Assembly (NCBI RefSeq): GCF_036971445.1 | Contig: NC_091476.1 | Span: 72,850,001 to 72,914,000 of the forward strand | Reading direction: 5' to 3' | Source: Narcine bancroftii | Lineage: Eukaryota | DNA: 64,000 bases | Shown here: in pieces, positions 36,586 to 49,374 of the stretch | Layout: every line of letters begins with the position of its first letter | Numbering within the stretch: the first letter of the stretch is position 1 | The notes under the pieces: model-generated | Database searches by the model: none | Seen by the model: only the letters and a program-made list of their open reading frames with translations | What the model was told of the DNA's origin: nothing | Program-made: the position numbers and the translations under genes

Positions 36586-38309
36586 AGGGACTTATGATAG
36601 GGCAGTACAGAGAGCACATCAATCTATTTAACCTATGCCTTCAACCCTTGTGAAACTACTGATCCAAGGAAAGGAACAATGCATTGAAAAAACCTGTGCA
36701 CGGTTCCTAAAATCTCGACATCTTTTCCACCCCCTCTCGCCAGTAAAAAATAATTTATGTGAGCAAGTTTGGAGAAATGAAATACCCATTGGGCCAGGCA
36801 GCATACGCGGAAGGAGAAGCAGAGTCAACATTTGATATTGAGGTCTTTCACCAGTGGCAGGTCAGATCTCCCTTCACACTGGACTAGATGTCCACAACCT
36901 GGAAAATAATCAAGGTAAGGTTCTTTGGACAATGGAAGTGAGGGGGGGGGTGGGTGAAGGACTGGTGTTCTATGGAAATAACGATTCTAAAGTTCCATTT
37001 CTTGTGTGGGAGTTGGCCTGAAGAGGCCAGTTAAGTTTATTGTCATCTGATTGTTCAAGTATAACCCGACTAAACAGTGTCCTCCGGTCCTCAGTGCAAA
37101 ACAAGCAGACACACAACTAGACATAACACACATACAGATAAACCTTACGTACACAGGACAAATATTCCTATATACAGATGAAAAAATATTGTTCCATCAA
37201 ATTGTGTGTCTCGAAGGGTGAGTATGAACGGTTCCTTTGGTCGTTCAGTGTTCTCACTGTCTGTGGAAAGAAGCTGATCGTCAGTGTGGTGGTGCTGGCT
37301 CTGATCCTCCTGTATCTCTTCCCTGATGGGAGCAGCTGAAAGATGCCATGTGCGGGGTGGGAATGGATCCCCAATGATTTTGCGTGCCCTTTTTGGACAA
37401 TGATCATGGTAGATCACATCGATGGGTGGGTGGGGGGAGTGGCAGACTCCAGTGATCCTCTCTTATGGTCCTGTGGATTGAGTCCGATCCATTTCTCTGC
37501 AGTGACTGTTCCCCACGGTGATGCAGCCAGCCATGACACCCTCGATAGAGGTTGATGTGATGGTGGCCGGTAGCCTCGCCTGACTCAGTCTTCTCAGGAA
37601 GTGTAGTCGCAGTTACGCCTTTCTGACAAGTGAGGAGATGATGAGGGACCACGATAGGTCACTAGTTAAGTGGATTTCAAGGAACTTGGTGTCTCCATTC
37701 TCTCCGCTACAGAGTGGTTGATGTGTAGTGGAGGGTGGTCGTTCCTGATCCTCCTGATGTCCACGATCATCTTCACCTTGTCCACATTGAGAGTATGGTC
37801 AGGGAAGGAAGCAGCCGTGTTACTTCTTCTATCCTGTCCCATCGCAGATTCCATAGGTCGGACACAGAGTGAAGCTCCCTCCTCACCGTCCCATCACACA
37901 CTCCCTGGGTCAGTCACAGAGTGAAGATCTCTCACACTGCCAGACATACATGAATAACCTCAGCTGAGCAAGCATGGAGACAACAAATGAAGGAATGTGC
38001 AGCGGAAGCTGCGGGAGGGGTTAAGTGAATGCCTGGAGTGGTGTCAGCGCAACCAGAAGGACTGAATGTTTCAGCTGATTTGCACTGATAGACTCTGCTC
38101 TGTCAGCTGACGAAGGCTCACAATGGCTGCAATGTGTTTCCTCATTCGTGCTGTAATGGAATGTTCCAGAACACAGGGGCATGTCTGTCTCTCTCCCTAA
38201 CTTCCCGTTTTCTTTCTCTCCATCTTCTTCCCTCTCTCCCTCCTATATCCACTCATGTTAAGTTTGGCATCTTTCGCATCTCCTAATAAAATGACAGCAG
38301 TTTATGTTT

Positions 38310-38605
38310 GGGGTTGTGTGCAGGCATGCATGTGTGTGTTAGTATGTGCGTGATAATGTGTGTGCATATGTAATCGTGTGTGTTTGTGCCTCGAACTGCG
38401 TGAGTGTGTGTGTGTTTGCACATGGGTGTGAGACCAACTGCGTGAGTGTGCGTGTAACTCTGTGAGTGCATGTGCACGCCTGTGGAGGCGTGTGTGTTTG
38501 CACACGTGCGTGGGTGGGTGCATGTCTGTGTGTGAGAACAACCTTTGTGCATGTGTGTTTGTGGTGTGCCGGTGTGCTCAAGTGTGTGTGTGCATGCGTG
38601 TATGT
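38310..38605. repeat. Degenerate (TG)n microsatellite
   Basis: Interrupted TG/TGCA/CGTG repeats. Confidence 0.8.
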
Positions 38606-39399
38606 CAGTGAACAACCTTTGCTCTGCAGTGAGCCGTTGTGCAGGCAGCGCGGGCCCCGAGCAATGAGAATGGCATTCTCCCCTGGAACGACCCTCACCA
38701 TCAAGCCGCCATAGCTCTGAACTGTGTCTGGGTGCATCCGTCAGCAAGTTATGTCCTAAGGTATCAGAAAAGCCTGAGAGAGCTCGTAAGCTTAGCGTAA
38801 AACTGGACTAGGAACACTCAAAAGACATTTCCCAAATAAATTAAAGGTAATTGCTGCTTTGCTTCATGGAAGATTTTATAGGAATGCTCTACTTTTGGAT
38901 ATTATAACACACACTCTCAATTGACACATTGCCATCCCTGTGTCACCTTGTCATTATTCCCCCCCCCCCCTGTAGTTTGAGGGGCTTTCCCTCGATCTCA
39001 GCTCCTCAAAGCCTGGTGAGCGAAGGACTCTAGACTAGCCATCCTCAACAGGAGCCCTACGACCTCCCCCCGTGCCCACAACACATTTCATTCACAGCCT
39101 TGATTTCTTTTCAGCTCACGCAATTGTTTACGGGTCTGTTACCGTGTTGCGTGTCCGAAGGGGGCCATAGCTGGAAAGCGGTGGAGCATGGGCTGGTCTC
39201 GACTGCGGTCCTACTTCAGGCCGCCCTCGCATTGGCTGCGCCGAGCCTCAGCATGGACTCCCAATGGGCAGCGTACCCTCGCCGTCATCTCCGTGAGCAG
39301 CCACCCATGGCCCCCGCCCCCCATTGCGGCTACCTCCGATAGTTGCTGAGGTGTGGCAGACCACAACTCCTGCATGAGAGTCACAACGCTATGAGGTCA

Positions 39400-40030
39400 T
39401 AAGAAACAGGAGCGCGAGTCGGCGATCCGGCCCGTAGAGCTCTGCTCCGCCATTCAACGGGATCGTGGCTGATCTGACGGCCGGCCCATCTCCATCCACC
39501 TGCCCTTTCCTCAGATCCCTTAATTCCCCAACTATGTAAAAATCTGTCCAACCTCGTCTTCAATACATTTACAGAGGTCTCCTTCACTGCTTCAATGGGC
39601 AGCAAATTCCACAGATTCACCCACCCTCTGGGGAAAGCAGTTCCTCCTCATCTCGTCCTAAATCTACTCCCCTGAATCTTCCCTAGTTCTACTCTCCCCC
39701 ACCAATGGAAACACCTTACCTACCTCTCTGCCTTTCATAATGTTATACGTTTCTATAAGATCCCCTCTCACTCTTCTAAATCCCAGTGAGTGCAGACCCA
39801 ATCTCTCCTCATTGACAACCCCCCTCATCCCTGGAATCAACCTGGTGAACCTCCTCTGCACCGCCCCCCAAAGCCAGTCCATCCTTCCTCAAGTTAGGAG
39901 ACCAGAACTGCATACAGTTTTCCAGAGGTGGCCTCACCAGGACCTTGTCCAGTTGCAGCAGGGCCTCCCTGCTCCTAAATTCAATCCCTCTGGCAATGAA
40001 GGCCAATGTTCCATCAGCCTTCTTGATTGC
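39400..40030 (-). mobile_element. CR1-like LINE 3' fragment (others at ~10540-11100, 42660-43280 -, 51225-51830 -, 52940-53310, 56120-57180)
   Basis: LAFIARGIEFRSREALLQL...VRPPLENCMQFWSP and VQRRFTRLIPG...RGDLIETY motifs. Confidence 0.75.
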
Positions 40031-40643
40031 ACAAACCAGACTGAGCCCTTCCGGATCCTTCTGCATGGCCGCACGCTTGTGCAGTGCATTTGAAACAGTG
40101 CACCTTTCAGGGTTGCTACTTTTAATCTTTGAGTCTCCATTTTGCAATTGACAGCACAGGCAACCAGGCAGTTAGTCAGGAAACTCTATTTGATGAAGAT
40201 CCATTGCATTTGCATCCATTGCGGCCCGGTTGGTGTAGTGATTTGCGCAACCCCATTACATCACCAGCGATTGGGACCGGGGGCTCGAATCCCACACTGT
40301 CTGTAAGGAGTTTGTATGTTCTCCCTGTGTCTACGCGGGTTTCCTCCGGGCGGGTCCAATTTACTCCCACCCTTCAAAACGTACTGGGAGTTGTAGGTTA
40401 ATTGGGCAGCACAGGCTTGTGGGCCGGAAGGGCTTATTACCGTGCTGTATGTCTAAATTTAAACATTTAAAAATCCCCTTCCTGACAGATTCAAGAACGC
40501 ACAATGGAGAAAAAATGTAAAACCTGTTTTGCTTTATTTCAATTTAATTTAATTAACAAACTCTTGATGGTCAAATGCTGTAAAAAATAATTGCATTTGG
40601 AGGCGGAGAGGGGTCAATGGCGGAAAGGGGAGTGGGTTCCGCC

Positions 40644-41126
40644 TCAAGAGTTCTTTCCTGCCACCTCGGCCCACTCCGAGGCCTTGTCCTCAGAGTCGGG
40701 CTCGCCGCTGGTGTCCAGCTCAAAGTGGGGCGGGGTCTGTTTCCGGCTGCACGTGCTGTAGCGCTCGATGAACTCCACCCTGCCATCGGTGTGGATGATC
40801 TCCCGGAAGGTAGGCCGGTTCACTGCGTTGTACAGCTGCTCCTTGATCTTCCTGGCCAGATCCAGGCTGCAGCGGCGGGTAGGCCGGGAGGCTGTGTTGG
40901 TCAGCGCCTTGCCCACCACCGCGCTGAAGACCATCTTGTACTCCTCCGGGCTCAGCCTGTGAATCTTCAAGGGTTGCTTATCTGCTTCGGATTTCCGGAG
41001 AAACCTTGGCTCCGAGTTGCACCTCCTCAAGCTGCCCACTTGCTCACTGCTGGGCCCAGAGATGTTCCAGGTCAGGGCCTCTTTCTCCTTCAAAACAACA
41101 GGAGGCTTTAATGTCCCAAAGGAGCG
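40644..41126 (-). CDS. C22orf31/DUF4662-like protein, last coding exon
   Basis: LKIHRLSPEEYKMVFSAVVGKALTNTASRPTRRCSLDLARKIKEQLYNAV resembles, from memory, the C22orf31 block [23 protein letters not shown]...[20 protein letters not shown]. Acceptor ccccttccacag| at 41127; minus-strand AATAAA at 40538-40533. Confidence 0.72.
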   Translation of the reverse strand, partial: RSFGTLKPPVVLKEKEALTWNISGPSSEQVGSLRRCNSEPRFLRKSEADKQPLKIHRLSPEEYKMVFSAVVGKALTNTASRPTRRCSLDLARKIKEQLYNAVNRPTFREIIHTDGRVEFIERYSTCSRKQTPPHFELDTSGEPDSEDKASEWAEVAGKNS

Positions 41127-41129
41127 CTG

Positions 41130-41350
41130 TGGAAGGGGCAGTGAGGAGGGAGCGCCATGGGAGGGACGGTGAGGAGGGAGCTCCGTGGGAGGGGCGGTGA
41201 GGAGGGAGGGCTGTGGGAGGGGCAGTGAGGAGGGAGGGCCGTGGGAGGGGCAGTGAGGAGGGAGCATTGTAAGAGGGACGGAAGGAGGGAGCACCGTGGG
41301 AGGGGCAGAGAGGATGGAGGGCCGTGGAAGGGGCGGAGAGGAGGGAGCCC
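41130..41350. repeat. Intronic GC-rich minisatellite (~25-30-bp units)
   Basis: Repeated gtgggaggggcagtgaggagggag units. Confidence 0.8.
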
Positions 41351-41392
41351 CCCCTGACCCCACCCCCACTCCCCGGGTCGCCCCTTACCGAC

Positions 41393-41890
41393 CTTCTGTT
41401 GCTGTGGTGACTGGACCTGCTCAGGGATTCCGGCAGCCCCCTCCCTCCACCCTGGTGCCTGCTGGATGCCCACTACCAGGTCCACTGCCTCATCCACCTC
41501 GATCCGGGCCTGAGACTGGGCATGGGACCGCTGGCAGGTGGAGCGGAGGGCGGCTGCCCCGCAGCTCCACCGCTGGGCGCTCAGGGCCCGTTGGGCTGCC
41601 CCCACCCCTCCTGCTCGCTGGCCCCCTCTCCTCGACGCGCGGCGGCTGCAGTAGTTGTGCTCGATGGCGATGATGTCAGGTGCCAGGTTGTCTCCTGCCA
41701 TTTGGGAAGCAGTCACCGGCAGCTCACGATGGCAGGCCTGCCCTGTCAGCAGGCAGCTGGCTGCCCTCGCCCGTACCAGCCTGCGGTGAAACAACTCGGA
41801 ATTCGGGCACAGGAGACAGGCCGCACGGTCACTCGGCCTATGCTGGAACCCTTCACGGACGGCCAAGGGACTGATGGATCCCGCGATCAT
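41393..41890 (-). CDS. C22orf31/DUF4662-like protein, probable upstream coding exon
   Basis: Acceptor gtcttccag| at 41906, ATG at 41890, open frame containing IEHNYC. The phase-0 donor AAG|GTCGGT at 41393 joins the last exon in frame; the competing G|GTAAG donor at 41389 would be out of frame. Confidence 0.5.
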
Positions 41891-43329
41891 CTTGTTTCCA
41901 AAGACCTGGAAGACCAAGCCACACGCATGTGAGAACTCCATACCCAGCCCCTGGGTATCTTCCTGGCCTGGTGGAACTCTTCATCAATACAAAGGGTCAT
42001 CAAAACAGCTGAGACCATCACTGGGGTCTCCATTTGACATCAGAAACTGTGACAAATTTCTTCAGAGGTGTGGTGGAAAGTGTACTGACTGGCTGCATCA
42101 CAGTCGGGAATGGGGACACCAATACCCCTGAATGTAAAACCCTGCAAACGGTAGTGGGCGTAGCCCAGGGCGTCACGGGTCAAACCCTCCCCACCATTAA
42201 GAATATTGACGGGGAACACTGCTGTCGGAGAGCAGCAGCGATCATCAAGGATCCCACACCACTATCACACACTCTGTTCTCGATGCTGCCATCAGGAAAG
42301 AGGTGTAGGTGCCACAAGACTCGCCCCACCAGGTTCAGGAACAACTGCTCTCCCTCCACCATCAGACTCATCAACGACAAACTCAACCAGGGACTCATTT
42401 AAGGACTCTGACTTGGGCATTTTATTAATTTTTAAAAATTCTTTCCATACTCTTTCAGTTTGTTCCCATTACATTATCTGTTGACAGTTTTTTTATTTGT
42501 ACATGTTGTGCACAGTGGAAATTCTGCCGCGCCCACAGGAAAAAGAATCTCAGGGTTATATGTAATTTCATTTATGTCCTCTGACAATAAATCTGAAATC
42601 TGAAATCTTTCCTCTATTGACCACATTCACCTGGATCGTTGCTTAAATAGACCAAGTCTGATAACCATTTAACAATTACAGCACAGAAACAGGCCATTTT
42701 GGCCCTTCTAGTCCACACCGAACCAAGTCCTTTTGTCCCACCTGCCTGCCCATGACCGTCCATTCCACTCCTATCCATATACCTGTCCAATTTTCCCTTA
42801 AATGACAAAATGGACCCGGCTGCCACTACCTCACCCAGAAGCTCATTCCACCACTCTCTGAGTGAAGAAGTTCCCCCTCACGTTACTTCTAAACTTTTGC
42901 ACCTTATCTCATGACCTCTTGTTTCAATCTTTCCTACCCTCAATGGAAAAAAGCCTATCCACATCAACTCTATTTATCACCCTCATAATCTTAAATACCT
43001 CTATCAAATCCCCCCTCAACCTTCCATGCTCCAAGGAATAAAGACCTAATCTGCTCAATCTTTCTTTGTAATCTAGATCCATCAGTCCCAGGCAACATTT
43101 TCGTAAATCTTCCCTGCCCTTGTTGATATTCTTTCTATAATTCGGTGACCAGAACTGACGCGCGGCGGCTGCAGTAGTTGTGCTCGATGGCGATGATGTG
43201 AACAGTTCTCTAAATTTGGCCTCACCAATACCTTGCACAGACTCAACGTCACTTCCCAACTCCTGTATTCTAAGCTTTGATTGATAAATATATATTAATT
43301 AATATATATATTATGATGAGATAGGTACC

Positions 43330-43990
43330 CAGGGGAAAATTTCAGGAAAGACATCTCTGTACCTGAATAACCTTTGTTCTTTTACTCTTAATAATCAGTT
43401 TTTGAAAATATGGAATTGAAACAAGGTCGTTATGAGGCTGGCTATTTTATTTCTTTTCAGAGAATGAAAGAAAAATATGAAATTCCAACTAATGCTTTTT
43501 TGTTATTATCAGTTTGCTATTGGATAACTTTGGGCATTCTCTGAGATTACCAAGACAATTAAATTTTTGAAATGTTACTTACAGAAGGTGGTGAAAAGAA
43601 ATTTATTTCTGAAATGTATGAACTGTTACAAAGTAAGATGCCTAAATTAGTTCTTCATTAATCAAGAATGAAATAGGAAGAGGGTTTGGGAATTACAATC
43701 GACCATGATGATGGGAGATCTGTTTGTAAGGAGAGTGTGTCGAAGATTATTAATGTTCATTATAATTTTTTGCATCAATTCTACTTAACTCCTCAGAAAT
43801 TTAAGAAGTACAACTGAAGTTCTTCATATTTATGTTTGAGACGTTTTAACAAAGTAGGCTCTTTCTTATGTTCAACTTCGTTACTTGATAAGGTTCAACT
43901 TTTTTTTGGAGATGGTTTAAGCAATTTTTAGAGGAAGTTTTAAAGATTCAATTCCCAATGGACCCAACATTGTTTTTATTAGGTTGAGTT
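43330..43990 (+). mobile_element. Old, degraded L1 ORF2 C-terminal fragment (similar pieces at ~49750-49950 and 50210-50470)
   Basis: Remnants YNFLHQFYLTPQK and KFISEMYELLQ, and at ~50320 SKWEQDL...NTINVQYRLVQNNFPHQLYITP, parallel the young L1 C-terminus. Confidence 0.55.
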
Positions 43991-44499
43991 TACAGGTGTA
44001 CCGCGGAGATCATTCAGTCTGGCGGCATCAATGGAACGGAGGTTCAAGACAGAAAAAGGCTACAGAGCATTGTGAACTCGGCCAGCACCATCACGGGCAC
44101 TGGTCTTCACTCCATCAAGGACATCTGCCAAGGGTGCTGTCTTGAGAAAGCAGCCTCTGTCCTCAAGGAGCCCCCCACTCACCCAGGCCATGCCCTCTTC
44201 ACTCAGCTACCTTCAGGACGGAGCCTGAAGAGGAGTACTCAGCGGCTCAAGGAAGCTTTTTCCCCTCTGCCCTCAGGTATCTAAATGGACAATGACCCAC
44301 AGACATTGCCTCACTTTTCTTCCTCTTCTTTTGAATTCATTATTTTAAAAAATTGTGTATTTGGAAGTGTCGTCTATGGAAAAATTTGCACACGTAATGC
44401 ACAATGATGCTGTTGTGAAACATCGAATTTCATGTCACGCGCTCATGGCGATAAATTCTGATTTTGGGGTGTGCTGCGGGAAACATCAGTTGCCCGCCC

Positions 44500-45099
44500 T
44501 ATTAAACCTGACAAATATGCACCAGACACATCATTCCCTCGCCTCCCCCTTTCCATCTTCTGCAAGGGACTGTTCCCTCCACGTCTCCACTCCCCCCTCC
44601 CCTCGGTGACTGCAGAAAAATGATACGCGCGTCCACACCTCCGCTACCCACTGTGCCACCATTCGGGGCCCCTTGCAAACCTGCAGGGGCCATCCAGCTC
44701 TCCTGTCACTCCTGCCTCCCTCTGTGTTGGAGAGAGACAAGAGAGGGGGCACAGGCCGGGGAGATCGCTTTGCCGAGCCCCGCTGCAGCAGCGTGGAAAT
44801 CCCAATGGCTGCCCATTTCAATTCCCCGCCCCCATTCCGACATGGTCCGTGGTCTCATGCACCGCCAGACTGTGACCACTTGTAAATTGGAGCCTCATCT
44901 CACTTACAACTGGATGGCATTAACATCAACTTCTTCGGTTTTCATTAGCCCACCCCCTCATCATGTCTCCTTTCCTGTCTCCCCTTTTCCCTCAGCTCTG
45001 CATTCACAGAGTCAACTCCCCCTCCCCCTATCAATCCTCACCTTTCCTCTCTCCTGACTTACTCTCCATGTCCAATTAATACATTTTGCCCATTAGTCT
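44500..45099 (+). mobile_element. Penelope-like fragment, resumes at 49071-49230 after the nested insertions
   Basis: RDCSLH, TGRGDRFAEPRCS..EIPMAAHFNS and TTCKLE motifs; the 3' tail (cttgaggaagagctcaggcccgaaac) continues after 49071. Confidence 0.65.
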
Positions 45100-48000
45100 T
45101 GTGACAGAGTATATAGAAATGTTTTTGGGAGATACATTGGGAAAGGTTTGTTAGAGTAGGTCACATGCAAACACTTTAAAACATCTTGTTTGAAATACTG
45201 GAGACATAAGTGTCTTCTCATACCTTTTTGCAAGAGCTTTGAAGAGTGCTTAAGAGACTTCACGAATGGATTGTTGTTTATCAAGGCAACGGATGAAAGA
45301 GCAGGCTGGAGCTACTGCTGTCTGAAAGGAGAATTTGCTGTTCTAAAAGGGTCATGTGGTTTTGCAAGCAGAGAGATTAAACAGGCTTTCTCTCAGTCTC
45401 AGTGTGTGTGTGAGAGAGAGAAGCAGAGACTATGTCTCAGCCATCAAGAGCAGCTGGAACTGGAACAGGACAAGCTGGCAAGAAGCCCCAGTGTGGATGA
45501 TGGCCTAGTCACAGCCCTTGTGGTTCGTGCAAGAGGAGAGGACTGACTGCCTAATGTTTCACTTGGAATAAGAGAAATAAAAAGGAACTCTGTGGTGACC
45601 TGAAAGAAAGAGGTTGTCATTTGGAGAACCCTGAAGGGGCAAGTTTCGTCGGAAAGACACTGGAGTGGAGTTGTGGATGATCTTGAACAACAAATCCCTC
45701 TCTGAAAACTGACAAGAACCTTCCTGAGTGGTAACCATTTACCTTTCAAGCACCAAAGCCTGGTGAACTTTATAAATGTTCAATTCGGTGAAAAAACGCA
45801 CAAAATCCTAGCATGGCAGCTTAAGACAGAACAAGCTAAGAAAATGGTATTGGCATCAAGGAAAAAAGACAAACAAATTACATATAATCCAAAAGAAATT
45901 AAGGAAAACTTTAGAGAATTCTATGAACAATTATACCGAACTGAAAACGAAGGGAAAGAAGGGAAAATAGATGAATTTTTGACTAAAATTGAACTACCAA
46001 AACTACAAATAGAGGAACAAAATAAATTAACAGAACCATTTGGAACAGTAGAAATACAAGAGATAATAAAAAAAATTACCAAATAATAAGACACCAGGAG
46101 AGGATGGACTCCCAATAGAATTCTACAAAACATTTAAAGACTTATTAATTCCGCCCCTCCTGGATGTAATCAACCAGATTGATGAAACACAAAGCTTACC
46201 AGATTCATGTAAAACAGCAATAATTACAGTAATACTAAAACAAGGGAAAGATCCACTCTCACCAGCGTCATATAGACCAATATCTTTACTAAACACAGAT
46301 TATAAGATAATAGCTAAACTATTAGCAAACAGATTAGCAGAGTATGTACCGAAAATGGTAAATTTAGACCAAACTGGATTTATCAAAAAAAGACGCACAA
46401 CAGACAATATTTGTAAATTTATTAACTTAATTCATGCAGTAGAAGGAAATAAAGCACCTGCAGTAGCAGTTGCTTTAGACGCAGAGAAGGCCTTCGACAG
46501 AGTAGAATGGAATTATTTGTTCAAAGTATTGCAAAAATTCAGTTTACCGGAGAAGTATATTAATTGGATTAAAGCATTATATAAGGGACCGTTAGCAAAA
46601 GTGACAGTAAATGGACATGTATCAAAGCAATTTAACTTAAGCAGGTTAACGCGGCAGGGATGCCCACTATCACCTTTATTGTTTGCGTTAGCTATAGAAC
46701 CACTAGCAAAATTGATAAGAATAGATAATAATATAAAAGGAATAAAAATAAAAGACAAGGAATATAAAATCAGTCTATTTGCGGACGATGTTATAGTGTA
46801 CTTAACAGAACCAGAACTATCAATAAAAGAATTATATAAGAAATTGAAGGAATATGGAGAAGTGTCGGGTTACAAGATAAACGTAAATAAAAGTGAAGCA
46901 ATGCCTATGAATAATGCGGATTTCTCAAAATTTAAGAAGGAATCTCCATTTAGATGGCAAATGCAGGCAATAAGATACCTAGGTGTACAAATAAACAAAA
47001 ATCTCGGCCAATTATACAAACTCAATTATTATCCACTAATGAAAAAATTACAGGACGATTTAGAGCATTGGAAAGATCTACCACTAACACTAATAGGAAG
47101 GATAAACTGTATTAAAATGAACATTTTTCCAAGGATATTATACTTATTTCAGGCATTGCCAATACAACTGACAGAAAAATTCTTCAAAGAGTTAAAGAAA
47201 ATAATAAGGAAATTTTTATGGAGAGGGGGGAAACCGAGGATAGCACTGGATAAATTAACAGAATGGTATAAACCAGGAGGCTTACAATTGCCAAACTTTA
47301 AAAATTATTATAGAGCCGCACAATTAAGATACCTATCAGATTTTTATCAAACAAGGGAAAAACCAGACTGGACGAGATTAGAATTAGATAAAATAGGGGA
47401 AAAGATACCTGAACACATATTATATAAATGGGATGAAAAATTGGTACAACATAGAACTTCTCCAGTATTACATCATCTCCTCAATATTTGGAAGAAGATT
47501 CATGTAGAAAGAAATAAAACAAATTATCAATTACCAAAACTAATATTGATGTAAAATAAGTTACTCCCTTTTACAATAGATAACCTTTCCTTTAGAGAAT
47601 GGGGAAAAAAAGGGATTAAAAGAATAGAGAATTGTTTTTCAGGAAGTAGATTCTTATCCTTTGAACAAATGAGAGATAAGTACAATATAACTGGAGATAC
47701 AGCGCTGGCATATTACCAACTGAGATCCTACTTGAAAGATAAATTAGGAAGCAATTTGAGTTTGCCAGAGGGAAGTAACCTTGAATATGTGATTACAGAT
47801 ACAATGTTAATCAAAAGATTTATAACAAATATGTATATTAAACTGCAAGAAAAAGAGAATGAGGAAACAAATGGTAAAACTAAACAAAAATGGGAACAAG
47901 ATTTAAATATAAAGATAAAAAAGGAAACATGGGAGAAATTATGTTCTGGAACGATGAGAAATACAATAAATACGAGGCTGATACAATATAACTGGCTACA

Positions 48001-49070
48001 CAGACTATACATTACACCTCAAAAGTTAAATAAATGGGACCCAACAGTATCTGATAGATGTTTTCGATGTAAAAAAGAAATGGGAACAACAATTCATGCA
48101 ATCTGGACATGTGAGAAAGTAGAAAAATTTTGGGAAGATCTCAATCAGATATTAAATAAAATAACAGAAAACAATATACCAAAGAATCCAGAGATCTTTC
48201 TTCTAAGTAACATAAAAAACAAAGAATTTGGAATTGATTTGGAGGATGCACAAAAAAGATTTGTTAAGATAGCCCTAGCCGTAGCAAAAAAATGTATTAT
48301 GTCAACCTGGAAATTGGAAGATAATCTGAAAATACAACAATGGTATATAGAAATGAATAAATGTATTCCATTAGAAAAAATTATATATAGTTTAAGAAAT
48401 AATATTGAAATATTCGAACAAATATGGGAGCCTTACATTAAATACAATAGCGAAAACCTACCGGGGACAATCATTACCTAAGTTGATGGAAGGAGAAGGA
48501 AAGAAAAGAATGGACTCAGTAGAATTTCTGGTGTATTTTTGTTGAATGACAACATTATCTGACTGGTTTAATGTAACCTAGATTGTATACCTAAAATGAA
48601 TGGGAGGGGGGGGTGGGGGGGTGGCTTGGGAGGAGGGAGGTGGGGGGGAGAAAAAGTCACTGTATATGTGTGAAAAAGAAAAAGTGTGTAGCATGGCTAA
48701 TGTGATTTATGGTGTGAAAAATAAAAAATTTAAAAAATAAATAAATAAATAGATAGATAGATAGATAAATAAATAAATGTTCAATTCTGTGCACAGTATA
48801 AGAATTGACTGCAACCAGTGAACTTGGAGGAATGAGAAGTGAGATTGGATTGTGAACCAAATAACTTTTCTGAACTTGCACACACGTTCCATATGAGCGC
48901 TTAGAATTAGAAGGGGGTTAAGTTAGGTTAGTTAAGTTAATAGTAATAAGTTAAAATGTGATTCTGTTTTCATGTTTAAAGCTAATTAAAAGCAACTTTT
49001 GTTTAAGTAACAATTTGTCTTGTTGAATATCTACTGCTGCTGGGTTTACGGGTCCTTTGGGCTCATAACA
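45100..49070. mobile_element. Solo LTR (~970 bp net) interrupted by an L1
   Basis: TGTGACAG...CATAACA termini with a 4-bp TSD GTCT (45096-45099 / 49071-49074); unrelated to the LTR of the ERV at 26985. Confidence 0.75.
45787..48772 (+). mobile_element. 5'-truncated L1, same young family as 12507-18566
   Basis: Starts mid-ORF2 (GEKTHKILAWQLK); FADD motif; frameshift at ~46070 and TAA at 47552; tail A/(TAAA)n(TAGA)n; exact 15-bp TSD ATAAATGTTCAATTC (45772-45786 / 48773-48787). Confidence 0.95.
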
Positions 49071-49374
49071 GTCTGTACCCCTCCCCCTGCCATTCTTTCG
49101 CTTCTCCTAATCTTTTAATTCAGCCACCCCCCCCCCCCCCATCTTGCTTATACCTTGAGGAAGAGCTCAGGCCCGAAACATCTGATGGACACTGCGAGAC
49201 TCGTTGCATTCCACCAGCATTTTTGTGTTGCTATCCATGTCAATTGTCACATTCAGGAAGGGGAACCAACAAACCTGGAAATTATTGGAACTCTTGGGGA
49301 TATCAAAGGCAAACCTCCCCCTTTTCAAATCCAACTATTTTTATAACCGTTTCTCTTTTGGGCAGCCTCTAACG

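Noticed and set aside
38283-38747. His/Thr-rich ORFs
   Set aside because: They are translations of the (TG/CA)n microsatellite.
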